DNA from: Octopus vulgaris
Taxonomy: Eukaryota
Direction of reading: 5' to 3'
DNA: 64,000 nt
Assembly: GCA_951406725.2 (NCBI GenBank)
Contig: OX597822.1
Span: 105,958,001-106,022,000, forward strand
Below the pieces are notes generated by a model that did not search any database, was not told where the DNA came from, and saw only the letters and a program-made list of their open reading frames with translations. Shown piece by piece: positions 1 to 13,083 of this stretch (positions within the stretch are counted from its first letter, which is position 1; the number at the start of each line of letters is the position of its first letter). The position numbers were made by a program, and so were the translations under genes.

Positions 1-420
1 GGTGAATGTGCGTATGGATGCGTAAGCAAACATGGCTACGTATATATGAACATTAATACAGTCCACTTTGAAATTTTTTTCACGTCACTTACGTTCTTTT
101 TGAAGAGAAAACCGTATGTAAGTAATATCTCCTGTTGTACGACTAAGGAGGAAACTGCATTATCTATAGGGTATTTTATGCATCAGTGATGTTAGTTCCG
201 GTTCGCCAAAAGTGAGTGTCCCTCCGATGACTTTGTTCATGTTATCGTTCGGTTTTCGACGTGAAGGTCACTTAAAGACATATTCCTGAGCAGAGACTAT
301 TCAGCCATCAAACAAATAGTACGTACAACTGTTAGCTAGGTAAATAGATAGATAGATAAATAGAGAGAGAGAGAGAGAAAAGAGAGACAGAGACAGATAG
401 ATAGATAGTTTGGAAGGTAT

Positions 421-463
<43 letters not shown>

Positions 464-689
464 CACCCAGGTGGTGCTATTAAGCTAGACATGGCCTGGG
501 CCAATAATGGCCGAAACCTATCAAAGTATCAAAGTATCAAAGTATATATATATATCATATCATATCAAAGGGAAATGGAAATTAATTAAAATTTATATTT
601 CCAGTGGTCTAACGTGTAATAAAATTTAGTCAAAAAGACTATATATTAGTCATACGATATAGTGTATGTTTAAACACATAAAGAATCCA

Positions 690-876
690 CAGACACACAC
701 AAACATACACACGCACACACGACGGTCTTCTTTCAGATTCTGTCTACCAAATCCACTCACAAGGCTTTGGTCGGCCGGAGGTTATAGTAGAAGACGTTTG
801 TGGAATGTGCCACGCAGTGGGACTGAACCCGGAACCATGTGGTTGGTAGAGAAGCTACTTACCACACAGCCACTCC
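690..876 (-). mobile_element. tRNA-derived SINE family A, 5' half
   Basis: The reverse complement begins GGAGTGGCTGTGTGGTAAG (A-box-like) and contains GGTTCAGTCCC (B-box-like). It closely matches the copies at 4742, 10517, 22904 and 39825. Confidence 0.85.
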
Positions 877-877
877 A

Positions 878-879
<2 letters not shown>

Positions 880-956
<77 letters not shown>

Positions 957-968
957 TATAAATATATG

Positions 969-1014
<46 letters not shown>

Positions 1015-1028
1015 TGTATATGTATACA

Positions 1029-1068
<40 letters not shown>

Positions 1069-1088
1069 TGTATATGTATACATATATG

Positions 1089-1133
<45 letters not shown>

Positions 1134-1250
1134 ACATATATGTATATATATATATATGTATATATATATATACATATATGTATATATATATATATATATA
1201 CATATATGTATACATATACATAGAAAGAGATAGATAGATAGATAGATATA
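880..1250. repeat. Compound (TA)n/(TATG)n/(GATA)n microsatellite
   Basis: Directly visible; it produces the YI/YM-repeat ORFs. Confidence 0.97.
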
Positions 1251-2021
1251 CTAAGTATTAATTCTTAGCTTCGTATTTACACACGATATTTCTCTTCATA
1301 GCTGATACTTTCCATGACATAATGGTGTCATTATTGTAACGCTGATAAAGAGATTATAAATATTCATATATAGCACATCTTACAGCTTCCTACTTTTCAT
1401 ATCAGCATATTAAATATGTATTTCTTTCATATTCGATGGATATAATATCGCAGCTGAATTTAGATATTCTACATTCAAAATAGAGTCTCTTATTGCGTCT
1501 CTTTTCCCATTGCAACTCAATGTCAATATGAGTAGATGTATAATTTTGATAAGTGAAACAGTTTTTTTTCACACTTTATAATAAGTTATTCTCAAAGAAT
1601 TCTGATTGAATTTTACCTAACTCTGTTATTTGTATCTAAGCCAATATACTTTTCCTTTCGTGTGTGATACGGCTGATATTCATGAAGTTGGAGAAACTAG
1701 AATAGCTGATGATCATACTTTGGTACTTTTATTCCCATTAAACACGATAAAAGGTTGAAATGGCTCCGGATGATAATGGAAGTAAAAATGAAGACTGTGT
1801 TCCGGGAAAATTCCTTTCAGTCGCTGATTACTACTTCCAATCACAAAACAACGACCAGCATAATAGAATTAGTTGAAATAGGAAATAAGCAAAAAAACTG
1901 AGGCACAGACGTGGTTGTGTGGTTAAGAAACTCGCTTCCAAATCATAGTTGGAGGGTTTCAGTCTCAATGCATGGCACATTTGGCAACGCGTGTTTTCTA
2001 CGACATCCTGAGCCGTGTAGT

Positions 2022-2430
2022 TATGTATGTATGTATGTATGTATGTATGTATGTATGTATGTATGTATGTATGTATGTATGTATGTATATATGTACGTGT
2101 ATGTATGTATGTATGTACGTATGTACGAATGTATGTATTATGTATGTATATATGCATGTATGTATGCATTATGTATGTGTGTGTGTATGTATGTATGTAT
2201 GTATGTATGTATGTATATATGTACGTGTATGTATGTATGTATGTACGTATGTACGAATGTATGTACTATGTATGTATATATGCATGTATGTATGTATGTA
2301 TGTGTGTGTGTATGTATGTACGAATGTATGTATTATGTATGTATGTATATATGTATTTACGAATGTATGTATTATGTATGTAGGTATATATGTATGCATG
2401 CAATATGTATGTATGTGTGTGTGTGTATGC
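2022..2430. repeat. (TATG)n compound tract with a ~128-bp higher-order repeat
   Basis: The variant block ATGTACGTGT...GTACGAATG recurs at 2091 and 2219. Confidence 0.9.
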
Positions 2431-2814
2431 ATGTCATTATTCGTTTTATTTCAAGATATCTTTCCAATAGAGAAAGAGCCGGTTTCTAATCTAGATCCAA
2501 GGATCTTACACAGGGTATTTTTGCATGTATGTATGTATGTATGTATGCATGGCGTGCATGTATGTATGTATATGTGCAGATTTGTATGTTTTCTTTTATG
2601 TATGTCTTTTCATGCATATACTTGCGTAGCTGGACATGCTCATATATACTGAAATGATAAATTTCGGTAACGTTTTACAGATTTTTACAGTTCCAGTCAT
2701 GGCTTGAATCTGTAGTCTTTGAATCAGTTTTCTCCTTTCTTGCTTTGAGAAGCCTAATTTCTCATGATTGGTATTTAGGCATTGTGTTACATAACCCAGT
2801 GCTTCAATAATTAT
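2431..2814 (-). mobile_element. 3' end of an RLE-type (R4/Dong-like) non-LTR retrotransposon
   Basis: The minus strand reads IIIEALGYVTQCLNTNHEKLGFSKQERRKLIQRLQIQAMTGTVKICKTLPKFII, matching the 'IIGALG...LQ...GT..I' C-terminus of RLE elements. A homologous copy lies at 46864-47543. Confidence 0.75.
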
Positions 2815-3809
2815 GTGTGTATGTATGTTTGATGTTTATGACTCACTACCGTTTGACAACCAGCGTTCGTTTGCTTACGTTCCCGTTACTCAGCGGTTTG
2901 GCAAAGGTTTCGATAGAATAAGTGCCACGCTTTAAAAATAACTAATGGGGAATATTTGTTCAACTAAATCATTTCAGGTGGTGCCCCAGCATGGCTGAAC
3001 TCAAATGACTGATACAAGTAAAGGAATAAAGATAAGCTTTAGGCAACTAAATGCTTTTTGTAATGAAATAACGCCCAGCGAGTCATTCTGTTTCAAAAAA
3101 ATGTAGGCTATGGCTTGAAGAAGGACAAGACAATATTTCTCGATGGTTTAAAGACTAGATAGAAGCTTCTCGCTTGTTTGCGAGCTAAATCGTATTAAAG
3201 TGAATTATAAATATTTTTGATATGAAAAAACTAAAATTTCCTGAATTTTAATTGGAGCCTTTATGGAAATATTAATCAATTTGGGAACAATCTGGTATCG
3301 AAAGCCTTTACTTGTTTTGCTGAAAATTTGACCTTTCGCTCTACCGCATTCTCCAGTTTATGAGATAATGTTATTATTCATTTTGGTGTTAGAGTAAGTT
3401 AACCTTTTCCTTTCAAACCATTTACGCTCTTCTGTTTGGTAGCACGTTAGGAAGTTATTTGAATCACCAATTCAGATAACCTCGAATAGGTTTTAGCTCA
3501 CATAATTTATAATCGTTGATCAATGGTTTCTGCGATGAAACTTAATTTACAGATTGTTTTGTTTTTACAATTTAATTAATTAACAACGGCGTCGGTTAGT
3601 TGCAGGAAATGCTACACTGTTGGTTGAAAATCATGCGATATATATATTTCATACTATTCAAATATCATTTCTTTGTCTTACTTTAGTGACCCAGAATTTG
3701 ATAATATATCTACCAGTAATATACTTTGGTTAGTCCAACCGACTACACTTATCTTCTACTAAAACTGTTTTCCCAGTGGTTTCGCAGAATCAATGACACG
3801 TCGGTCTAA

Positions 3810-3992
3810 AAGTTGAGCATCATTTCTTCGTGTCTTTTTATGTTTAAACTTCAAATACTTCCGAGTTCCCTTTGGCTTTTCATCCTTTAGGAGTCGACAA
3901 GATAATGAACCAGTAAAATACTGAGGTCAATGTAACTAACTTCAGCCCTCCCCCTCAAAATTGTTGGCGTTTAGTCATAATTAGAAAAGTAT
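3810..3992 (+). mobile_element. Degenerate SINE family B
   Basis: The core GGCTTTTCATCCTTTAGGAGTCGACAAGATAATGAACCAG resembles the family B core GCCTTTCATCCTTTCGGGGTCGATAAATTAAGTACCAG. Confidence 0.65.
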
Positions 3993-4075
3993 TATCAATA
4001 TTATAATGATTATTATTATTATTAGTAGTAGTAGCAGCAGCAGTAGCAGCAACAGCAGCAGCAGTAGTAGAAGCA

Positions 4076-4255
4076 GTAAGCGAGCTGATAGAACAGTTAG
4101 CACGCCAGGAAAAATGCTTAGCAGCAGTCTGTCATCACGTTCTGAGTTCAAATTCTGCCGAGGTCGACTTCGCCTTTTATCTTTTCGCGGCCGATGAAAT
4201 AGGTAACACCCCCCGCCCCTAAACAAGCCCTGTGCACGTAGCAGAAAGGGTTATT
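4076..4255 (+). mobile_element. SINE family B, internally deleted
   Basis: GCGAGCTG...GTTAGCACGCC...GTTCTGAGTTCAAATTCTGCCGAGGTCGACTTCGCC, as in the other B copies. Confidence 0.8.
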
Positions 4256-4269
4256 ATAAACAATATTAT

Positions 4270-4465
4270 CACGCCACCCCGCTGGCTAAGCGAGCAGGCC
4301 AACAGAAGAAAGAGTGAGAGAAAGTGTGGTGAAAGAGTACAGCCGCGTGGAGCTTTTTAGGTGTTTTCGCTCAATAAACACTCACAACGCCCGGTCTAGG
4401 AATCGAAACCGCGATCCTACGACCGCGAGTCTGCTGCCCTAACTACTGGGCCATTGCGCCTCCAC
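4270..4465 (-). mobile_element. tRNA-derived SINE family C, short form, with TSD
   Basis: The reverse complement starts GTGGAGGCGCAATGGCCCAGTAGTTAGGGCAGCAGACTCGCGG. A perfect 14-bp TSD ATAAACAATATTAT lies at 4256-4269 and 4466-4479. Confidence 0.9.
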
Positions 4466-4741
4466 ATAAACAATATTATAATTTACGTTATTGTTGTTTA
4501 CTTTTGCTCGAGGGTGTTTCTACTTTCACCCAGAGACCTTAAATAACAGAAACTTGAACATTTTGCTGTAGGTATTATTTATGATTAACAATGATATGTT
4601 GTACAAGAAGGGTTACCGCAGTATGAAGATTAGATTTCTCTAAATTTGCAATGTTTCAGTTTGAAAGATGTTTAAGAGAATCAGTTACTTTCCAGTTGAC
4701 AATGTTTCTTCTTACGAAATGAGCAGTAACCATGAAAACAT

Positions 4742-4940
4742 TACTCTTTTACTCTTTTACCTGTTTCAGTCAATTGACTGCGGCCATGCTAGAGCACCGC
4801 CTTTTGTCGAGCGAATCGACCCCAGGACTTATTCTTTGTAAGCCTAGTACTTATTCTCTCGGTCTCTTTTGCCGAACCGTTAAGTTACGGGGATATAAAC
4901 ACACCAGCATCGGTTGTCAAGCGATATTTGGGGGACAAAT

Positions 4941-5020
<80 letters not shown>

Positions 5021-5162
5021 CGGGCCTCTTTCAGCCTCCGTCTACCAAAGCTTTATTCGGCTATAGTAGAAGTCTCTTCTCCAAGGTGACACACAGTGGG
5101 ACTGAACCCGGAACCATGTGGTTGCTAAGCAAGCTACTTACCACACAGCCACTCCTGCGCCT
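4742..5162 (-). mobile_element. SINE family A, near full length
   Basis: tRNA-like head, central (CA)n(TA)n tract and (AAAAGAGTA)n tail on the minus strand; matches the other A copies. Confidence 0.9.
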
Positions 5163-5573
5163 ATATTACTTTGACTTCTGACGTCTTGGAACGTCCAAGT
5201 ATTTGGCCACAGTGTTTATGTGCGCCATTTGGAGTTACCCACGAAAGTCTGATGTTATAGGCACAGTTATTTTTCTTAGATGTCACACTGCCGGGATCCT
5301 CAATAATGAATCATGTATTTCATTGAAATATATATATCAAGATTTTCTAAATGTATTCTCTAAGAGATTTCATCTTAAGAGCATTATTAAAGACCTAGAC
5401 ATAATATATTCTGCTATGAACAAAGTAATCCGCAGAAGAAATACCACAGGAAGAACTACGAGATGTTTGCAAAAGTCAGATCAGTATAGTATTCACGGCA
5501 AATTAATGTTGTATTTTTGCATACGGCAATACATTTTGACACCTACATAGCCTGAGCCTTATTTTATAATATA

Positions 5574-5965
5574 CTAGCAGTATCGCCCGGCGTTGCTCGG
5601 GTTTATAAGGGAAATAACTATATAAGCATTTTTAGAGATGTAAAGTATAATAACCATCTCAATATGGCTAACCACAAAGGGGGTGTTACCGTAGCTTTTT
5701 ACGTTCTGAGATTTGATAGTACGTTTTTAGAGAGTTACTTCCCTTATATAATAGCAAAAAATGCATTACAAATGGGAAAAAATGATGGTAATTTTTTTTT
5801 TAATCGTAGACTCATCGTATACGTGCGCTAATACCCAGAAGGGCTCGATATGAATCACGACTATAAGATACCCGGTTTGGGTTAAACTGCACCGCAAAAT
5901 GTGGGAGTAGTTAGGAATCTAAATCGTAGGAGACAGACACACAGCTTCACTTTTATATATAAAGA
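5574..5965 (-). mobile_element. Non-autonomous Helitron
   Basis: Minus strand: 5' TC at 5965 preceded by A, subterminal hairpin CCCGAGCAACGCCGGG, and 3' CTAG at 5574 followed by T (A|T insertion, no TSD). Confidence 0.85.
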
Positions 5966-6022
5966 TTTTAATACACTTTTGTTATTACCCACAGATAAAA
6001 TAACGTACACTACTAACCAGTA

Positions 6023-6280
6023 CGTGGAGGCGCGGGGCTTAGAGGTTAGGGTGTCAGTATCATGATCATAAGATTGTGGTTTCGATTCCTGGACCGGGCG
6101 ACGCGTTGTGTTCTTGAGCAAAGCACTTCATTTCATGTTGCTCCAGTCTACTCAGCTGCCACAATTGAGTAACGCTGCGATGGACTGGCGTCCCGTCCAG
6201 CTGGGGATCACATACGCCATTGAAACCGGGAAACCGGGCCCATGAGCCTCGCTAGGCTTTAAAAAGAGCGCATTAATTAT
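6023..6280 (+). mobile_element. tRNA-derived SINE family D with a V-domain-like segment
   Basis: Head GGCTTAGAGGTTAGG...GGTTTCGATTCC. GCGATGGACTGGCGTCCCGTCCAG resembles the V-SINE domain as I recall it. Probable TSD TACTAAC(C/T)AGTA at 6011-6022 and 6287-6298. Confidence 0.75.
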
Positions 6281-6764
6281 TTGTTTTACTAACTAGTATG
6301 GTGCGTGCTTTTGTATACACTAATATTTATTTAGAGCTGCATAGAGTGAGCCGTAATTTATTTGAGATTGTAAACAAATACGATACCGTAAATATAATAG
6401 GATTCAAACCACTAACTTTGTAGCTCATCTGTTTATGTACAGATTGAATCCTTAATCTATACATTAAAGAACTCAATAGAGTGAAATACAGAGTGTAATA
6501 ATATATTTTCCTTGTGATGAATGCACGACAGCGGTTCAAGGTTTTTCTTTTTTTAGATATTGAGATTTGTTTTCAGAAATACTGTGAATTCCCTGATGGA
6601 AAATCGTAAAACTTGAAACAATTATGTGGGCGTGTGTGCGTATATGTACGTGCGTGTGTGTGTGTTCGTGCGTGTATATATATATATGTGTGTGTGTGTA
6701 GGTTTGCTAACAACTGTATTACTGTTAAACAAAGTAAAAGTCTGATCTCAAACAAAAACAATCA

Positions 6765-7235
6765 TTTTTTAATGTAATACTTGATTAGGTCGTTGAAGTG
6801 TAGCCATGTTGATGCACCACCTTGAAGGATTTTGCCAAAGAAATCGACCGTAGTACTTATTATTTTCTTTATGTCTAGGGCTTATTCTCTCGACTTCTTT
6901 TTATCAAACCCTACATTACGAGGATGTAGACAAGTCAACACCATTTGTCATATGGTGGGGGCACAAACCCGTACGTGCACACATAGATGCACATGCACGC
7001 ATACACACACCGTAGTTTATGGAAAGGCGGAAAGTCGCCACGCAGTAGGACTAAACACCGAACCATATGGCTGGGAAGAAAGCTTTGTTACCACACAGCC
7101 AGGCAGTTTCCGTTTACCAAATTTTTTCTCAAGTCATAGGTCGGTCGGAAGCTTTAGTAGAAAAGAATTGTGCGAAGTGGCCTGAACCAGAAACCATATC
7201 GAAAAGAAAGCTTCTTAACCACAAATTCATGTCTG
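6765..7235 (-). mobile_element. Degenerate, rearranged SINE A sequence
   Basis: GCCATGTTGATGCACCACCTTGAAGG...GCCACGCAGTAGGACTAAACACCGAACCATATGG...TACCACACAGCC matches family A. A second head-like segment follows. Confidence 0.65.
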
Positions 7236-9252
7236 TTCCAGCATATAATCTAAATATCTTTATTAACAAACGAAATCAAGAAATTAAGAACTTAATGTCT
7301 GATTCCTTCCGCAGCCGAAGAGATTGGTATCTCATCGGCTGTTTGCTCCAGCTAGAACCGTCACTGCATGCGATTTAACGAGACTGATTCAAATTATTTT
7401 CGTTTTATGTGTAGACTTTTCTCTTTCATTCTTTTTCGCTGTTTCATTTTCTTTTACTTTCCTGAGTTTTTTCTTTGTGTTTTTTGGCACAATATGGAGA
7501 ACCGTTAATGGTGTCTAACCGAAACAGTTTGTTTCTGGGGAAATCTCACGCCTCATTAAGCGTAACTTTACAATTAAAATGCAGGTGTTTTGCTCGATCT
7601 TAATCTTACCCTCGAGAAATGCTGATGATGTAAATTTGCACGGTTCTAATACCATGTGAAAATGACATTGTGGTACACAGAGGCTCACATGGAATATTTG
7701 GTTTAGAAGACAGCGATGAAAAACAGAAATTATAAAAGACCACAATTACGAAAATCACAACAAAAATGTTATCAATGCTTCGGCTTCGAAAATCTGTAGA
7801 ACCAGATCGCTTGCACATACACTGTAGTAAATGATGTTGTCTTAAGATACATCCTTTGAACTACACGCATCGGTGAAGAGAAACAAGCTCGTAACGTGTG
7901 AGCTTTCTAAGGGGAATATCTAATTATCTCGCCTTGTTTAGCAATTCGATACCCTCCAGTGAATGCAGGGATCTCAAACGGAATATTCCATTCTCTTTCT
8001 GTTGCATTCTACACTGTATTTGTGGTTTTACAGTGTTTGTTACAATCAGAGACTTGGATAAATTTAATCCTCTCAATGGCTATGAGATAATAATCGCATA
8101 ATTGTAATCCTGGTAGATTCTTGTAATTCTTGTATTGTATTTATAAGCTAGTTAGTAATCTGATACAAACGTTTCATGCAAGAATTTATTACAGAAAGTG
8201 TATATCTATGGACTTTATAGGCGCTGTTACAATTTCAAATTATCAGGACGGTGAAGCGAATGAATCAGTTCAACACCAGATAAAACACTTGGCGCCATTT
8301 TTTTTTTATCTGTTTGTATTCTGAATTCAAATACGTCGACCTCACTTTTCATGTTACAAGAGTCAGGTCCATACAAAAAATATCAGATGAATACAGCAGT
8401 CAATTTCAACGGCCCCGGAAGGATCAAATGCAAAATCGCTTTTTGTGTGCCTTTATCAGTAATCGTTATTGTTTAACAATTTGGTTATTCGTATCGAAAT
8501 ATCTACAACTATGATTCATAAATGGAACTAAAAATAATGAAGAGTAACCAATGAAAACATACAGATGCAATAAAAGTACATCGTAAAATAAAACATGACA
8601 CAAAGGCCAGGGAAATTTACTCAGTGACACGCTTTTATAATAGGATCAGTATTAACATAATTAATACTCCAGAACCATTAAATATGAAAGTAAAGCATAC
8701 TTAAATTTCTAACATTAATACAAGATCACAGATATTATGAGCAGAATTTTCTCATTTATTACAATCAAATCCATTAGAAACATGATAGATATAGGTGTCA
8801 TCTCAAGTGAGAGGGAGAACTTAGTCAACCCTGTATAAATATCATGCCAGTGTTATTTCTTGGCCCCAGTTCTCGTCAACTCTGACCCAGCTGACATATT
8901 CATTCCGCCACAACAATTTCGTTTTCGTAGAACTAAAATATCCTATATATCCAACGCATGATGACAGCATCATATTTGAGAGACGGTGACAGGAGTTTCA
9001 AGAAAACATAGAGCCTCCACATGCGCACGTGCTAGGATATTAACTCAGAAAATGAGAGATCGTCAGTAAATACTGTAAACAATATACTTCAAAACCTGAT
9101 ATTAAACCACTGTACCGCATATAGACCTTACGAGCTGCGGTGTTTTGATGAGAGTGAGAACACTTCAGAATATTAAAACAATTTAAACAACACTGAAACG
9201 TAGAATTATCACGACACATATGCAACAACACTGTAAATTTTATTATAAATAC

Positions 9253-9306
<54 letters not shown>

Positions 9307-9311
9307 CCTCC

Positions 9312-9470
9312 ATTTGACGGGTTTCTATAGTTTCCGCATGACCAACTACGGTCACAAGACTTAGATTGCTTAGAATCTACAGTAAATTCACTTGCCGACA
9401 GGCGACAGAATGGAATAAACCCCGGGGTATCTCAATTTGAAAGCACGTTTATTAAACACTCATCCATGAA
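9312..9470 (-). mobile_element. Highly degenerate SINE A 5' half
   Basis: GACGGGTTTCTATAGTTTTCCG...TCACAAGAC...CACTTGCC aligns loosely to family A, next to a (TA)n tract. Confidence 0.5.
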
Positions 9471-10516
9471 TGTATCAGTGATTCATTTTAACTCAATAAT
9501 TAATTTCAGAAAATTTCAAAATTACACAAACACCTTGGGTAACATTTAAGTTTAATTATCACATGCTAAAGCTTCTACACCATCGTTCCATTTGCCAGAA
9601 ATAACTTCCAGCCGCCTAATATAACGAGATTTCATAGACCATGCTATAGAAAGCGTCTGAATCGCCAATAATAAAGCACCTTTCCTCACAAAATCTATCA
9701 GATAGTGGTTGACATCAACAATAACAACATCTACTGTAAATCGCTATATAAATCAGTAAAGTAAATTAAGTTCAATAGATATAGTTTGTTTTAACACGAA
9801 AATAAATTGGAAACTGTAAATGTGTAGGGGGGACAAAACTTATCACAAGATGTATACTCGTCGAGAGAAGTAATCAGAAATGGATGTATTCATCAAGATT
9901 TATTTTTCTGGATCGTTCGCAGAAAAAAAAAAGATGGTCGTTAAACAGTGAGGAAAAAATAGTAAAGACGCATCGTTGCCTTTAGAGAATAAATAGTGTG
10001 TTCGCAAATAGATTTCTTTGAAGCAGGGTCTCAAAAGTATTCTAGTTCGGTAGAGCACATTTGCTATTCAGCGCTTGTATTTAATGTTGAAAATACAAAG
10101 ACAAATAATGAGACATTCGGGAATTGAAATTTTCCAACGAGATTAGATCTTGTAAGGAACCTTCTGATGATGGTCTAAATTTACTATACTCCTACAATAG
10201 TTGCACTATTATGCAACGGGTTTCAAGGTTAGAACAAATAAATGGAAGTATGAACAAGGATGCTTTTGCTTCAGTGGATGGTCCTTTGCATCTCATTTGT
10301 ATGATCTTTGTGATGCAATGAAAAACAAAATTTCAGTGACTTATTTCGAAACACTTCAGATACTCAGTTCGGCTTTGATGTTGATAAATATCTTCCGCCA
10401 TTCACACTCAAGTGTATCTCGGGCCACGATACTTCGGATGAGCAAAAGTAATTTAACATTTCAACGTATTAGGTCATACACTAATGCACAAACTACATTC
10501 TCTGTGTGTGTGTGTA

Positions 10517-10955
10517 TGGCTGTGTGGTAGGTAGCTTGCTTACCAACCACATGCTACCGGATTCAGTCCCACTGCCTAGCACCTTGGGCTAGTGTCTTCT
10601 ACTATTGCCTCGGGCCGACCAAAGCCTTGTGAGTGGATTTGGTAGACGGAAACTGAAAGAAGCCCGTCGTATATATGTATATATATATATGTGTGTGTGT
10701 CTGTGTGTGTGTGTGTGTGTGTGCGTGCGTGTATGTGTATATGTTTGTGTGTCTGTGTGTGTCCCCCCAGCATCGATTGACAACCGATGCTGGTGTGTTT
10801 ACGTCCCCGTAACATAGCGGTTCGGCAAAAGAGGCCGATAGAATAAGTAATAGGCTTACAGAGAATAAGTCGTGGGGGCGATTTGCTCGACTAAAGGCGG
10901 TGCTCAAGCATGGCCGCAGTCAAATGACTGAAACAAGTAAAAGAGAAAAAGAGTA
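10517..10955 (+). mobile_element. SINE family A, full length
   Basis: TGGCTGTGTGGTAG head, CCGGATTCAGTCCC, CACCTTGGGCTAGTG, central (TG)n, and 3' GCATGGCCGCAGTCAAATGACTGAAACAAGTAAAAGAG. Confidence 0.92.
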
Positions 10956-12384
10956 ATGTGTATGTGTACGCGCGCGCATGTGTCTGCTAGTGCGTAGTTG
11001 TATGTGTGTATATATATATATTTATACACACACACACACATATATAAATGTGTCTATATATAATCTAAAGGTAATTTCAGAAGCGAAATTTTTAATATAA
11101 AACGATACTTACTTTTGATCGTATGGTGACACGTAGGTATGTAGAGATGTATATAAATGTTAAAACTCCTCCGTGTGTTTACACCAGCAAACGTGCAAGG
11201 GTGCGATTTGAATGAATACAATATACGCAAATTATTTGTTTGTGCGTGCGTGTCGGTGTGTGTGCGTATGTGTTTGTGTGAGCATGTGTGTGTGCGCTCG
11301 CGTGTCGCTGTGTGTATGTGTGTATATGTGTCTGTGTCTGTGTGTGTTTCTCTGTGAGTGTGTGCGCGTGCGAGTATTAGTATACGTGGGTGTGTGGAAA
11401 AATAGAGAAATATAGAAAAATAGAAAAATTGCAAAATTACTAAATGCAGAAATATATAATTCGAAATAAATAATTTCAGGATGAAAAGCTAAAAGCATAC
11501 AAAAAAATTAGAAAAAATACTAAATGTACGAATTTATAAAAATTTCGAAAACCAAAGCGCATATCTAACATATGACAAAATTTTAACAATAAAGAGACAG
11601 AATGCAACAATTGTGCAGCAAACTTAAGGTTTGTATATATAGTTAATTCACAGAGTGATTTATATTTTATTTATATTTTGCATCTGACGAGTAGAAAGGT
11701 GAAAGAGTCTTGCATTCGTGGGGTGATTAAATATTGAATATGTACAGAGAAAACGTGCAAGAAACATATGCAAATAAGGAAGGTGTGAAGGTTGCGCATA
11801 GAAATAATACGATAATACAGTGTATTGAGAAACGTCGCCTAAGTATTGTTTAAGAATTGTTTAAGCATACGTTAACAATCTGTTAAAGCTGGTAATAATA
11901 ACGACAGCTTTCGCAATAAATGGATGGAAATTACAAGGCTTGTCTTTGCATACGCTGCAGAAATTGCAAAATTAGTAAATCATGTGAAAAATTAGAAATG
12001 CGTGACAGTACTGATGTATAAGTTAATACGCGTACACACACATACAAACACACACATACAAACACACACATACATAAATTATATAACGTGATATATATAT
12101 TTCCCTGAACAGACTAGGAACAGCGTAGCTCTATATTATATCGATCATAACTAGTGACTGACGTGCACTCTCACATCGCCCGCCCAGAAGAAATATAGTG
12201 ATGGGAACTAAATAATGTTTAGGCATAATAGGCAAGGAATTGTGTAGGGGTGCGAAATTGGGCGCCACTGAGATGATAAAACTAAATTTTACAACTGTGC
12301 CATAGTAGAGAATTGTTTACCTACAGTAAAGTACGGTGAAATTACCTTTAGCAGTTAAAATATGACACAAAGATATTTGAACTC

Positions 12385-12461
<77 letters not shown>

Positions 12462-13083
12462 TACCTTGCAATGTATACATAAAGAGAATATTAGCAAACA
12501 CAGGATGACCGAGTGTCATCCGTCACCAAGCATGTTCCGTGCCTTTTAATTAAAATTTCAACTCAATAAATTCAACGTTTTATATTTGTCTGTAAAACCA
12601 CATCAAAAATATTCCAGACTCAGTGTTACTAAAACATTTTTTTAGGTAAAAGCAATATGCAATAAAGGATACGTGCCATTCAAATTCCAAACCATAAAAC
12701 AGTTCTGAAAAGGCAAAAAAATATTTTAAATAAATTTGGAACAATTGACAATGAAGTCTTTATAGAATTAGTCGAAAAATTTTGTATTCAAAATCATTTC
12801 AGCATCAAATGTTGTTCTATGAAAACTTTTTGGAAGTGTTTAGATATATTTTATGCGTTTTATTACAGTAACCCTACATATTTTTATGTGTCCAACAAAA
12901 AACCTGTATTTCCTGTTTAGTCGTTTTCAGCGCAACACGAGCAGATCCAGTTGTTGTGTATATAAGACTGATTGAGGAAGCATAATAACAATCGAATGAA
13001 CGTTGGAACATAGAAACTTTTGAATAAATAATATTGTTCACACTGCACACGCAGAAACACACACCGCTTTTTATTTACAGTTA

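Larger units (their letters stand above)
1902..3035 (+). mobile_element. Old SINE A copy split by a microsatellite and a LINE 3' end
   Basis: The 5' head at ~1902-2015 (GTGGTTGTGTGGTTAAG...GGTTTCAGTCTC) and the 3' half at ~2830-3035 (TTTGACAACC...CAGCATGGCTGAACTCAAATGACTGATACAAGTAAAG) match family A. Confidence 0.7.

Noticed and set aside
240-660. Small hairpins followed by GAAAC-like words (GGCC..GGCC-GAAAC at ~500-517, GACTA..TAGTC at ~637-651, and one on the minus strand near 250-275)
   Set aside because: No CUGANGA core is present. They may be decayed pLTR fragments but are not supportable individually.
666-2652. Long ORFs of 100-235 aa here and near 17.4k, 41k, 54k, 57.3k and 60.3k
   Set aside because: They are translations of stop-free microsatellites (YI, YVCM and HT repeats) and are not credible proteins.
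11679-11716. CTGACGA...GAAA spacing resembling a hammerhead
   Set aside because: Stem II cannot pair and stem I is out of register, so it is too weak to call.
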